From Thermoplasmata archaeon (GTDB taxonomy: Archaea; Thermoplasmatota; Thermoplasmata; Lutacidiplasmatales; UBA184): a DNA stretch of 64,000 bases. Within the stretch, counting starts at the first letter, position 1. Each line of letters starts with the position of its first letter. The translations under genes were made by a program, and so were the position numbers. Positions 32,213-41,919 of the stretch are shown in pieces. Below the pieces are notes generated by a model. The model was not told the origin of the DNA. It did not search any database and saw nothing but the letters and a program-made list of their open reading frames with translations. The stretch is taken from positions 1,377 through 65,376 of the forward strand of contig JAJYXQ010000081.1 in NCBI GenBank assembly GCA_021796385.1, read 5' to 3'.

Positions 32213-34428
32213 CCTCCCTGCCGACCCTTTTCACGAAGAAGGTCCGGAGCGTACTAGAAACAGCCGGAGCTAGGGCTCGATCCTGGACTTGGCCGTTCCG
32301 TCTCACGGTGATCCTCACGGTAGGCTTCACGTGCCTAGTAAGTTACGTCACTTTGTCCCGATATTGGCTTGCGCTTTACCCGGTCGCTGATCTTGGGGTG
32401 TACAATCAAATCCTCTACAATACGGTGGTCTATCACCAACTGTTTTACTACCCTTGGGGGTGGCAGGGTTCATCAGGCTCTTTTTTTTCCGTTCACTTCT
32501 CCCCAATCCTCGTTGCGATCCTCCCGATCTATGCTTTGGCCCCCTCTCCGGAGACCCTACTCTTGCTCCAGTCAATTGCCCTTGGTCTGGCCGCTTTTCC
32601 GCTGTTTGGTTTAGCCAAGCATTCGCTCGGATCTGACTGGGCAGGGGTCGCCCTTTGTGCTACGTACTTCAGTGTTCCGCTTACCCTCTCTGTTGTGTGG
32701 ATCGGGTTTCACCCAGAAGCCTTCCTTCCCCTGTTTCTCCTGTCGGCTTTCTACGCTGCGGAGCGAAAAAAGTATCTTCTTTTCCTCGGATGGTGGATCG
32801 CAGCCCTATCCACCGTTGAGACGATCGTACCCTTCATGCTCCTCTTCCTTTGTGGCTGGGCAATCGCACTCTGGCTCCAAAAGCCCTACCACTGGGGGGT
32901 AACCCACAACGTGGAGCGACGGTTGGTGCTGGTGGCACTAGAGATTACGGTTGCTTGGATGGTGCTCGCGTTGGTGGTAATCCGAAGCTTTTCGTCGATC
33001 GGAGGGATGTTCGGGTCGTCGCTGGCCTCCCAGTGGACGATCCTGGGGGCTAGCTCTGGCCTCTCAATCCCGCTACAAGTTGTTCTTCACCCGGGGTCCG
33101 CATTCCGGGCATTTGAGTTTCAGGAGGGGATGAAACTCCTGTACCTTTTGGTGCTCTGCGGATCCTTTGCCTTCCTCCCACTGGTTGGGGATCTTCGGTT
33201 CACCCTCCCGTGGGCGGGCTGGAGTGCGCTCGCGACTCTTTCCAACAACTTGGACTTCTACACGCTCGGTGTTCACTTCATCGCCTATCCGTTGCCGTTC
33301 CTGCTCGGGGGGGCCATATCTGGAATCCCGCGCGTGCGGAAGGCGATGATTCGACTCGCGCGGTGGTGGGGACGGCGTGCTCGTCTTCACCTGACGGCGT
33401 CAAATATCAAGAGCTGGGTTAGCCGACTCTCGTTGACCGGGCTTGTGGTTTGTGCCCTGGTGAGCGCATCCTTGGCAACGCCGCTACTCCCTAGTCCTGC
33501 CGTTTCATTCAATCCCCAACTCAACTATGGATGGCCCACGACCACAACCCACGAAGAGTATGTCGAGCAAGTGGTCCACCTGATCCCTAAGGGATCTTTT
33601 GTTGCGACCACGATCGACCTTTTCTCTGAGGTCTCATCCAGTGACAAAGCGTACGTCATCCCCGTGCGTCCGGGTACAGGGGCGGACCAAGCCAATTACA
33701 ATACTACGGTCGCCCCTTTCGTCAGGACTGAGATCGATGCCGCAAGATACATACTGCTGGACTACTCGAAAGCGAGCGACTTGGTAGCGACTTCATTCAT
33801 ACATAAGTACGCCAATCTTTCGACTTTCGGGGTCCAAGCAGCTGTTGACGGGATCTACCTTTACCAAAGGGGGTGGCGTGCTGCACCTGAGATCTGGGTC
33901 CCACAAACCTTGACCATGCCCCCCAAGGACATAACACCGGTAGCAAACACCGAGCTACTGGCCGGGACATCCAGTGGGCCGCCATCCCTCTACCATCCAC
34001 CCGGGCTTCAAGACAATGGTCTCCTTTGGTCCGCACAACCTCAAACCCGTCTCTCTCCTGGAACTTGGCGGATACTAGCAGATTGCCAAGTGGACTCCGG
34101 ACAACCGGGACGGCAATTGACCGTTCGAGCGTGGGAATCCTACCCCACAGTCGGCCTGACTCAAGGGCGGATAGACGGGGTGAATGTCTCTGTAGGGCCC
34201 GACACCTTTCAAATCACCGGGTGGAGTGGTAAAGCGTTGGGAGCTTCCACGAGGGCCGCAGATGGGGTGGAGGCATGGACTGGAAACCTCACCTTGAATC
34301 TGACGTGGACCATTCCCGGGATTCTATCAATCCGTGGCTGGGCGATTTCTCCAACAGCTACACTCTACCTTTACTCCGTTGTTTTCATTCAGACCTCGTG
34401 GTTAGAACCGGGGTATCCCCAGATGTGA
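32209..34428 (+). CDS. DUF2079-like multi-TM protein (predicted GT-C fold) with C-terminal extracellular domain
   Basis: DLGVYNQ, FFSVHFSPIL, TLLLLQS, FHPEAF, HFIAY..P; ATGA overlap with GT2. Confidence 0.78.
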   Translation: MTSLPTLFTKKVRSVLETAGARARSWTWPFRLTVILTVGFTCLVSYVTLSRYWLALYPVADLGVYNQILYNTVVYHQLFYYPWGWQGSSGSFFSVHFSPILVAILPIYALAPSPETLLLLQSIALGLAAFPLFGLAKHSLGSDWAGVALCATYFSVPLTLSVVWIGFHPEAFLPLFLLSAFYAAERKKYLLFLGWWIAALSTVETIVPFMLLFLCGWAIALWLQKPYHWGVTHNVERRLVLVALEITVAWMVLALVVIRSFSSIGGMFGSSLASQWTILGASSGLSIPLQVVLHPGSAFRAFEFQEGMKLLYLLVLCGSFAFLPLVGDLRFTLPWAGWSALATLSNNLDFYTLGVHFIAYPLPFLLGGAISGIPRVRKAMIRLARWWGRRARLHLTASNIKSWVSRLSLTGLVVCALVSASLATPLLPSPAVSFNPQLNYGWPTTTTHEEYVEQVVHLIPKGSFVATTIDLFSEVSSSDKAYVIPVRPGTGADQANYNTTVAPFVRTEIDAARYILLDYSKASDLVATSFIHKYANLSTFGVQAAVDGIYLYQRGWRAAPEIWVPQTLTMPPKDITPVANTELLAGTSSGPPSLYHPPGLQDNGLLWSAQPQTRLSPGTWRILADCQVDSGQPGRQLTVRAWESYPTVGLTQGRIDGVNVSVGPDTFQITGWSGKALGASTRAADGVEAWTGNLTLNLTWTIPGILSIRGWAISPTATLYLYSVVFIQTSWLEPGYPQM

Positions 34429-34442
34429 ACAGTGGCATTCAC

Positions 34443-34449
34443 TTTTTTT
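34443..34449 (+). terminator. Oligo-T tract, candidate archaeal intrinsic terminator
   Basis: T7 run 15 nt after the stop of the DUF2079-like gene. Confidence 0.4.
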
Positions 34450-34676
34450 CAAGTTGAGGTTATGTTTTGTCGAAACACCGGAGACGCCTTTTCAGAGCCG
34501 GTCGGGAGGGTGTCAGACTGTGCAAGTCACAGATATCACCCCTTTCGCTTGTGGCGTAAAGTGGTGAATAAAGGACCGGGGCCCGGCCGACCCTTGACCG
34601 ACATTCGTTACCCGAGCGAACGAGTAATTCAGATCCACTTCAATGACTCGGATGTCCCCAAACTCCCACAAGGGGA

Positions 34677-35912
34677 ATGAAACACGAACCGGGACGCGAG
34701 GCAACTTTGAACGGAGGAGAGATTAGGACGGCCTTAGTGGCTCCGACCCCCTTCTTTACCGAAGGAGGAGCTAGTTCCCGGATTCTCGGTGAAGCGAGGG
34801 GCCTCCGTTCACTCGGCGCCACGGTGAGGATATTGACGTATCCCCCAGGGCGGAATTGGCCTGGCTTGGAGATTCTTCGCCCGAGAGCCTCCCAGCGAAG
34901 GATGGGAATCGGATTCCACCCTGCCCGCATCCTTTACGACTTCGAGCTACTGAAATTCCTCTTAGCACTACCGATGCGGAGCGGTGAGCATCTGCACGTG
35001 TTCCTCCACGAAGGGGCGGCGCTCGGTCTTCTCAAGGGAAGACTCACTCAACGTTCGTTCCTATTGGACCTCCAAGGTTCGCTAGTGGAAGAGGTGGGTC
35101 GTACTTTCAGATTTGCCCGAGAGGGATGGCTTGGAGGCTTGGCACGTCGGATTGAAATCGCCTTAGAACGCTCAGCTTCCCATGTGATTGTGAGTTCCCC
35201 GGGCCTGTTGAGCGCCATTTCTGCGCGTGACCGGATACCCCCAGACCGGTTACACTTCATCCCCGATGGTGTTGCGACTGAAGACTTCACCCCCAGCGAA
35301 CGGCAGGATCCAGAGCTTAGATCCAGGTGGCGATTACAATTCGGCTTGACCGACGATGATGTGGTAGCGATCTATGTGGGAGGACTCTCCCCAGAACAGG
35401 GTATAAATGATCTGATTCGCCATGCACCTAAGATGATCCACGAATGTCCGAAACTTTGCTTTCTACTGTTTGGGGTCCCAACACAGTTGCACCGCTTCGA
35501 GGACTACGTTGCCCAGATTCGGCGGGCCGGACTCGGTAAAAGACTTCAGATGCCGGGACCACTGCACTATGAGGATCTTCCCTTGGCCCTGGGTTCTTCC
35601 GAAATTGCCCTCACCTGGAAGCATTCCCCACCAGAGGAGGCAAATGGCAAGATCCCGCATTATATGGCCGCGGGGCTTCCGAGCGTGGCTCTCCGACTAC
35701 CCGCCAGTGAATACTACTTGGGGCACAATGGTGAATTTGGAGGAGTACTCTCTCAAACAGTCGCAGAGGCTGTTGATGCGGTGGTCAGCCTGGCGGGAGA
35801 TCGTTCTCAACGGTTACGTCTGGGGCGCTTGGCGCGGAAGTCTGCAGAAGACCGGCTTTCTCTAAAAGTTGCCGCCAGTGAGATATTACGAATCTACAGG
35901 GAACTCGATTGA
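34677..35912 (+). CDS. GT4 (GT-B fold) glycosyltransferase
   Basis: PTPFFTEGGASSRI, IPDGV, IYVGGLSPEQG, EEANGKIPHYMAAGLP. Confidence 0.88.
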   Translation: MKHEPGREATLNGGEIRTALVAPTPFFTEGGASSRILGEARGLRSLGATVRILTYPPGRNWPGLEILRPRASQRRMGIGFHPARILYDFELLKFLLALPMRSGEHLHVFLHEGAALGLLKGRLTQRSFLLDLQGSLVEEVGRTFRFAREGWLGGLARRIEIALERSASHVIVSSPGLLSAISARDRIPPDRLHFIPDGVATEDFTPSERQDPELRSRWRLQFGLTDDDVVAIYVGGLSPEQGINDLIRHAPKMIHECPKLCFLLFGVPTQLHRFEDYVAQIRRAGLGKRLQMPGPLHYEDLPLALGSSEIALTWKHSPPEEANGKIPHYMAAGLPSVALRLPASEYYLGHNGEFGGVLSQTVAEAVDAVVSLAGDRSQRLRLGRLARKSAEDRLSLKVAASEILRIYRELD

Positions 35913-37936
35913 CCTGCAAGATCGAAGACGTAGGCATCTTGCTGAGCAAACACCAGATGGAACTCAGTGGGATCGGACATCATTGGCGAAGCGAGGAACG
36001 GAGCGAACAAGTTGCTCGATTGGCCCGTGACAAGAACGTACTTTACCCCCAAGATCGAGAGTTGATGGGAAAGGTTGGTGCTCACGTTCCCTGTGGTCAA
36101 CTCTTCCACTACGGCTTGGTAGGTTGAGTTCGAAGCAGGCCCTCCGAAAGGGACGCTGACCGGACCTCCGAGGTTTCCGGCAAGGAACCCCACGGCCCCA
36201 CCAATCCCGACCAATGGAAAGATGAGGGGGTCCGGACAAAAGGCGGCTAAAAATTGACCCGCACTTCCGGGGGCTACCAAGACGGGACCGTAGGGAAGAG
36301 ATGCAACATATTGCATGGCTGCAATGTCGCCTGGCGAAACGTTACTGACGAGGCTGAGGTCCATCCTCATGATACTTGGAGCGACCTGGGTAGTCGCACC
36401 CAACGGAACCGCCACAACCGCTACAAGGAGCAGTGTCAGAGCAATCGCCGGTGCAGAAGGCCTGATGGAGAAAGGGGTTGTGTCCCGGAGTACAGCTAAC
36501 TTCCTCAGAGCAAGCTGGAAGAGGATGGTCACTACTATTCCGACCACGAGTCCCTCCGCTGTGACAAACAAGAGGGCGGCTTCAGAAAGATTGACGAGGT
36601 ATCCGACCGGTCCAACCCGTGCGAAGTTGGCAATCAAAACCATTGTAAAGGCCCCGAGTGCCCCCGTGACAATAGCTATGCTGGATTGTAGAAGCTCTCT
36701 TCTATCGAACCAAGAGGAATCGGACGCCAGAAGGAACAGGGCAATGCCCGACACCAGCAACAATGCAAACTCGAGATGAAGAAGGGGCATGGGAGATATC
36801 CAGAGGTCGCCGGACCCAAACGCGAAGGGGTTCAGTATCGCACCAATGTCTTCTATCGTCAAGAACACGCTGACACCCCCTGTCGCCACGCGCATAGGAG
36901 GGTAGAAGAGGAGTAGCAACAGAGAGGGAAGGGCACCGACCAAGGTGACCAGCACCAGCCCTCCCCATCGGAAAAGTTGTTGTCTGGCGACCAAACGGAG
37001 CTCCTTCAAAGATAGAATTCTAAGCACGGTCGTGAGGAGTAGCCCCGAAAGGATCACCTCGTCGGGCACCGGAGAATAAGTCATGCTAATCCCAACTAAC
37101 ATCCCAATCGGCGCAATCGCTCCGCCCCCGGTTACGAGTCTACTTCGAAAGAAATCCTCTGGGATCCGGGCAAGGACGAACAAGAAGAGTGGGAAGACGG
37201 AGACGAAGTCGTATGTTCCTTGGACGAGGAACCTTGGCCACGAGAGCAACAATGCAAACGCGAGCGCCATTCCAACGGGGCCGGCAAACCCCTTGAACCA
37301 ACTCCTCCCAAGGTAAGCGGCGGCGAGTATCGTGAGACCTTGGAAGAGAGGGGCGGTCTCGTTCGCCGCGGCCCAAAGAGGGATTCCCAGCAGGAGGTGG
37401 GAGGCCGCAAACCAAACAATGTCTCCCTGTGGGGCGTACGCCGGGAAGTTCACATACGGAAGGAGCAGTGCCGTGAAGTGTCCATGGAAGAGAAGATTCG
37501 CCGTGAGAAGGGTGGCATTGGCTCCATCCAAGGTGTTACCTGCCGGCGCAGACAGGGCCGTCCAAGCCTCGATCCAGACCACCAAACCAGCGAGGAAGGT
37601 GACGTAGAGAAGGGGTGAGCGAAACACGCGTTGCGACTGTGACGTGAACCATTTGGGGATGTTTTCCACTCGGTCCGCCCACCGAATCGAAACGTAGAGG
37701 GATCCCGCCACGATGATCCCAACGAAAGTGTAGACGTTCGCTAACGGTGCCGGAATCCAGAACAATACGAAAAAGAGTGCCCCCCCTAGATAGCAATCCA
37801 ATACGATGCGACCGTCCCAAGCTATGCGGCAGAGCCCCGGTATCCAACGGGAAAGGAGAAGCCGGGCGGCTTCTCCGGGTATCGCAAAGAAGACCGCTAG
37901 GAGAGCGAGTAACGGTGCAAGCTCAATTGCATCCGT
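35894..37936 (-). CDS. DUF6541-like multi-TM protein (putative GT-C/EmbC-like); start uncertain
   Basis: D..NATLL, YAPQG..WF, many TMs, YGPVLVAPGSAGQFL, LGVKYVLV; frame is open 45 codons upstream of TTG 37801 to ACG 37936. Confidence 0.65.
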   Translation of the reverse strand, partial: TDAIELAPLLALLAVFFAIPGEAARLLLSRWIPGLCRIAWDGRIVLDCYLGGALFFVLFWIPAPLANVYTFVGIIVAGSLYVSIRWADRVENIPKWFTSQSQRVFRSPLLYVTFLAGLVVWIEAWTALSAPAGNTLDGANATLLTANLLFHGHFTALLLPYVNFPAYAPQGDIVWFAASHLLLGIPLWAAANETAPLFQGLTILAAAYLGRSWFKGFAGPVGMALAFALLLSWPRFLVQGTYDFVSVFPLFLFVLARIPEDFFRSRLVTGGGAIAPIGMLVGISMTYSPVPDEVILSGLLLTTVLRILSLKELRLVARQQLFRWGGLVLVTLVGALPSLLLLLFYPPMRVATGGVSVFLTIEDIGAILNPFAFGSGDLWISPMPLLHLEFALLLVSGIALFLLASDSSWFDRRELLQSSIAIVTGALGAFTMVLIANFARVGPVGYLVNLSEAALLFVTAEGLVVGIVVTILFQLALRKLAVLRDTTPFSIRPSAPAIALTLLLVAVVAVPLGATTQVAPSIMRMDLSLVSNVSPGDIAAMQYVASLPYGPVLVAPGSAGQFLAAFCPDPLIFPLVGIGGAVGFLAGNLGGPVSVPFGGPASNSTYQAVVEELTTGNVSTNLSHQLSILGVKYVLVTGQSSNLFAPFLASPMMSDPTEFHLVFAQQDAYVFDLAGQSSSL

Positions 37937-37950
37937 CTACAGCCAGCCCC

Positions 37951-39084
37951 CTATGCCGGGTTGCCGGTGGGGCTTCCCGCCGGCTGTCCCCAGTCCATTT
38001 GGCATTTCGAACAGAAATTGTTCTCGGACAGAGCCCCTCCACAAACGAAACAGGTCTTGCTTCCCGGATCACTCGATGGAGCGGCCGATGCAGCTGCGCC
38101 AGCCCCTCCAACGGCATCCGCCGCAGGCTCAGGGGCGGACATGCTTGATTCCTCCGGGGAAGTAGGGGATGGCGGAGTTGGGTCGGGATACTGCGTGGCC
38201 ACATCGCCGGGGTTCGGGGTGGGTGTTGGGGCGGACGACTCCGCTCCCCCATACTGGTATGGAGCATAGGTCGCGTTCTGGTCATACCCTCCCGTGGACT
38301 GATTGGCATCCTTCGGTGGGGTCCGGTGGAAGTACTTCCGCCAGATCAATACCCCGAGGATGGCGGCGACGACCACGAGCACCACAACAATGAGCCAAGT
38401 GTAATCTGTACCCGAATTGCTAGCTCCATTGGTCGAGGCAGGAGAAGTGCTCACAGTCAGCTGGTACGTGGCCGAATTGGAGGTGAGCCCGTTATTGTCC
38501 GTCACGAACACGGTGACCGTATACGTTCCAGCCTTGGTGTATGTGTGCTCAATGGTCTGGGTGGTGCTCACTCCGGTGTTGGTGTCCCCAAAGCTCCAAT
38601 GGTACGTGTATGGCGGAGTCCCCCCCGATGCGGATGCGGAGAACTGGTAGAGCCCACTCCCTTCATTGGTAGCGGTTATCGAACTCTGGACCACGGAAAC
38701 GCCGCCGGTTGCAATGATATTGTAGCTCTGGGCTACGACATTCTGCTTTGCGGTGACATCCGTCACGGTGAGAGAAACCGTGTAGGTCTTCGGGTTCGTG
38801 AAGACGTGCTGCGGGCTCGCGGCGGTCGAAGTTTGACCATCACCGAAGTTCCATGAGTAAGTGAAGGTATCATGGGTTCCGGCTCCGCTGATCACCGCTT
38901 GAAATGTCACGGTCAGGGGGGCAGGTCCTTGGGAGGTGCTCGCCTGGATGGTCGCGGTGATGTTATACTGGGGAGAGACCCCCGCATTCGCCTGCATCAG
39001 GCCAGCCACCCCCAGCACCAACAGCACTGCAAAGATCCCGATCACTCCGACGCGCATCGCGACGCTTCCCGACATTCCTTTCAT
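37951..39084 (-). CDS. PKD-domain surface protein (two PKD repeats, TM, Pro-rich tail, zinc ribbon)
   Basis: YSWNFGDG, YHWSFGD, HTYTKAGTYTVTVFVTD; signal peptide; TM; CFVC-x9-CSKC. Confidence 0.85.
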   Translation of the reverse strand: MKGMSGSVAMRVGVIGIFAVLLVLGVAGLMQANAGVSPQYNITATIQASTSQGPAPLTVTFQAVISGAGTHDTFTYSWNFGDGQTSTAASPQHVFTNPKTYTVSLTVTDVTAKQNVVAQSYNIIATGGVSVVQSSITATNEGSGLYQFSASASGGTPPYTYHWSFGDTNTGVSTTQTIEHTYTKAGTYTVTVFVTDNNGLTSNSATYQLTVSTSPASTNGASNSGTDYTWLIVVVLVVVAAILGVLIWRKYFHRTPPKDANQSTGGYDQNATYAPYQYGGAESSAPTPTPNPGDVATQYPDPTPPSPTSPEESSMSAPEPAADAVGGAGAAASAAPSSDPGSKTCFVCGGALSENNFCSKCQMDWGQPAGSPTGNPA

Positions 39085-39324
39085 TCCTTTTCTCCCAGGG
39101 TGCTACGGCACAGCACTGCAGGGTTAAATGGAAGGCTATGTATATAATCCTTCGCTTGGACGGCAGGCACGGACGGGTGGGGTTTACCCTGCATGGTCAT
39201 CACCGTGGAAAACGTGCTCCAGGTCTGAGGTCAGGAGAGATGATAGCACGCGCGCGAGACCCGTGCGTAAGGTTAGGTCGAACGGACCAAGACACTTCCG
39301 GAACCGGACGGACCTACCCAGGCA

Positions 39325-41919
39325 TCATACAAGGTGCAACTGAGTCCCGGGGCCGGCGTCGGTAACCCCCGGGGGAACAAGTTCCGATGATGGCGCGGGA
39401 TCCTGAGGACTCCCCTCGATCTCACTGTGGCCCTCCCGCTTGACGATGTGTACCATGTGATGAGCGATCCCCGCCAGATTTTGCTCGTGGCTCACCAGGA
39501 TGACCTGGCGAGTGGGTAGCTCCCGCAGGAGCTCAGAGAGCTTCGCGACCTGTTCGGCGGAAAAACCGTCTGTCGGCTCGTCCAACACCAAGGTCTCCAG
39601 TTGGATGCGCTGGGCTGAAAGCACACTTTGACGCAAGGCGAGGCGGTAGGCAAGTGCCAGGGCGGTCCGCTCTCCCCCACTCAACGCGGCGGCGGGGAGC
39701 ATTTCACCGTTCATGCTCACAAGCGGGCGAAAGCCCGCATCGACCGTCGCACCCATCAAGTCATCATCGACCAACCGAGAGAAACAGCGCGAGAACTCCG
39801 ATAGGAAGTCCGCCCGTATCCGTTCCAATCGGACTCGCTCGATCTCCTCGCAGGCCCGCACAAAACCTCGCAGCCACTCGACCTGCTCGAGACGGACTCG
39901 GGCTTCGCTCTCTTCCCGGAGGCTTCGGGACGCCGCATCCTCCTTCCGCTGCCGCTGGCGTTCGAGCGCCTCCAGTTCCTTTTCCAACCGGACCCGATCC
40001 TCCCTGACCTTGGTCTGCTCCTTGCGATGGCGCTCGAGCTCGGCATCCGCACCTGAGAAGGCTTGGGCCTCTTCCGAACGCTTTGATATCTCCGCCATGA
40101 CTTCCTCTCGAACCGAAGCGATCTTCGATATTTCCTCGGAAACGGAACGGGCCTCGGTAGTCAGCTGCTCCAAGTTCTTTTGGAGATTCTGAATGCGCTC
40201 GGACAGCACCTCGATCTGATGCTCCGACTTCTGGCGTTTTTCTTCGTGCTTCCGCACGGATTGGACCTTCACAAATAACACTTCTTCACGCTTGCGTGCG
40301 TCTTGGACTGTCTGGTTGAGTTCGTCCCACTCAACCCGGAGCTTGGATGCAGCCTCGGGAGAGGCGCGCTCTTCCGAGAGGCGTTGTCGGACCTCACCGA
40401 TCTCGGCGTCCAATGCCGCCAAGCGGGATCTCCGCTCTTGGATGCGTTCGCCCAAGATCCGCCACTCCGACCGCATGCTCTCGTACTTTGACAGAGCATT
40501 GAGCAGTTGCCGTAATCGCTTTTCCTCCTGGGTCAGTGTCTGGTGCTGGACCTCAAGCTGCCCCCGGTGGGCGGATGCCTCGTCGAGGTGATGCTGGAAG
40601 GAGGCGACATCCACCGGTTGTCCACATCGAGGGCAGGTTCCACTCTTGAGAAGTTCTGCGAGCTCTTCCTCCCTGTTTTCCGATATGCCCCGTTCCTTTG
40701 CAAGCTCCTGAAGCCGAGCTTGGACCTTCGCCAACCCTTCTTCGATCTGGAACCGTGTGTCCTCCGTCGGAGGAGAAGGGAGTGATGGAGCCCATTGCCC
40801 TTCCAAAGCGGAGAGCTCACGCTCCAACTGGGAGCGAGTTCCGGTCAAGGTATCGAGTCGCTTCTGAGCCTCTCCCTTCCTCCGAAGGGCCTCCTCGATG
40901 TGGACCCAGGCCTCGGAGAGCTCCGTTTTTCGTCCCTCAAGGGATTCGCGTTCGAGCCGTTCCTCAGCGAGGCGAGCCTCCAGCTCGCGGGACGATTCTA
41001 CGATCGGGTCCGTCGTTTGGACCGCCGTAAGGAAACTCGTACGCTCGGTCTCCGTTACCCCCAGCTCGTTCGTGAGTTTCCTCGCTTGCTGCTCCAACTG
41101 TTGACGCTTCGATAACAGCGCGTTCTCTCGTTCGGTCAAATGGTCCAAGTTCTGCTGTGCAAGACGGATCGCCTCCCGGAGGGTGGCACCCTTGGCCACC
41201 CGATCCGACGCCTGCTGGACCTGGGCCTCGAGGTCCTGAAGCGCCTTCTCTAGGACCGGCAGTCGCTCCCGCGCCGCGGCGATCTGGTGGCTGTCGTCCT
41301 CCAACCCCGCAGCTTCGTCGCGCAATCGCTTCGCCTCTTCACGGTGACGGCGCACCCGGTCCCGCAGGTCGGTTTGCACCATAGGCACATTCTCCCTCGC
41401 TACCCGGTACTCTTCCAGTCCGTGGGCCTTCCGTATCACCTCGAGCCGATCCCCTTCCTCGGACAGGATCTCTCGCATGCTCTCCTGGCGAATGTAGACG
41501 GCCCAACGCCAGACCTCCGAGGACCTCCTGGGATTCGGGCTCTCGGGGAAGCCTAACATCTCCGTGACCCGTCCCTTCATCTCCGTGACACCATACGAGG
41601 TGCGAGAACCCTCGATAATGAGCGCACACTTCTGATTGGGGGCCGCATCGGTACGGCTACGAGTGAAATCTCGCTGCACGGTCAGAGAGGGACCGGTTCC
41701 CCCCAAGGTCACCTCCACCCGGGCTGTATCTTTTCCCTGTCGGAGAAGATGGTTCCATTCGATATCGGCGAAGCCGAAGAGCGCGACCTCGACAGCGTAA
41801 AGTAACGAGCTCTTGCCGGAGCCGATGTCCCCCCAGAGTGCAGTGATCCCTTCCGAAAGGGAAAGCTGGGCGAACTCATAGCTTCGGACGTTAGTAAGGG
41901 CCACCCGCTGAAGGATCAT
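39325..41919 (-). CDS. rad50: DNA double-strand-break repair ATPase Rad50
   Basis: Walker A GDIGSGKSS, long coiled coil, zinc hook CPRCG, signature LSGGE, Walker B LVLDEPT, H-loop VSH. Confidence 0.93.
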   Translation of the reverse strand: MILQRVALTNVRSYEFAQLSLSEGITALWGDIGSGKSSLLYAVEVALFGFADIEWNHLLRQGKDTARVEVTLGGTGPSLTVQRDFTRSRTDAAPNQKCALIIEGSRTSYGVTEMKGRVTEMLGFPESPNPRRSSEVWRWAVYIRQESMREILSEEGDRLEVIRKAHGLEEYRVARENVPMVQTDLRDRVRRHREEAKRLRDEAAGLEDDSHQIAAARERLPVLEKALQDLEAQVQQASDRVAKGATLREAIRLAQQNLDHLTERENALLSKRQQLEQQARKLTNELGVTETERTSFLTAVQTTDPIVESSRELEARLAEERLERESLEGRKTELSEAWVHIEEALRRKGEAQKRLDTLTGTRSQLERELSALEGQWAPSLPSPPTEDTRFQIEEGLAKVQARLQELAKERGISENREEELAELLKSGTCPRCGQPVDVASFQHHLDEASAHRGQLEVQHQTLTQEEKRLRQLLNALSKYESMRSEWRILGERIQERRSRLAALDAEIGEVRQRLSEERASPEAASKLRVEWDELNQTVQDARKREEVLFVKVQSVRKHEEKRQKSEHQIEVLSERIQNLQKNLEQLTTEARSVSEEISKIASVREEVMAEISKRSEEAQAFSGADAELERHRKEQTKVREDRVRLEKELEALERQRQRKEDAASRSLREESEARVRLEQVEWLRGFVRACEEIERVRLERIRADFLSEFSRCFSRLVDDDLMGATVDAGFRPLVSMNGEMLPAAALSGGERTALALAYRLALRQSVLSAQRIQLETLVLDEPTDGFSAEQVAKLSELLRELPTRQVILVSHEQNLAGIAHHMVHIVKREGHSEIEGSPQDPAPSSELVPPGVTDAGPGTQLHLV

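Noticed and set aside
39130-39330. Possible C/D-box sRNA between the PKD gene and rad50
   Set aside because: Only a partial box C (ATGATAG) and no convincing box D' / C' arrangement.
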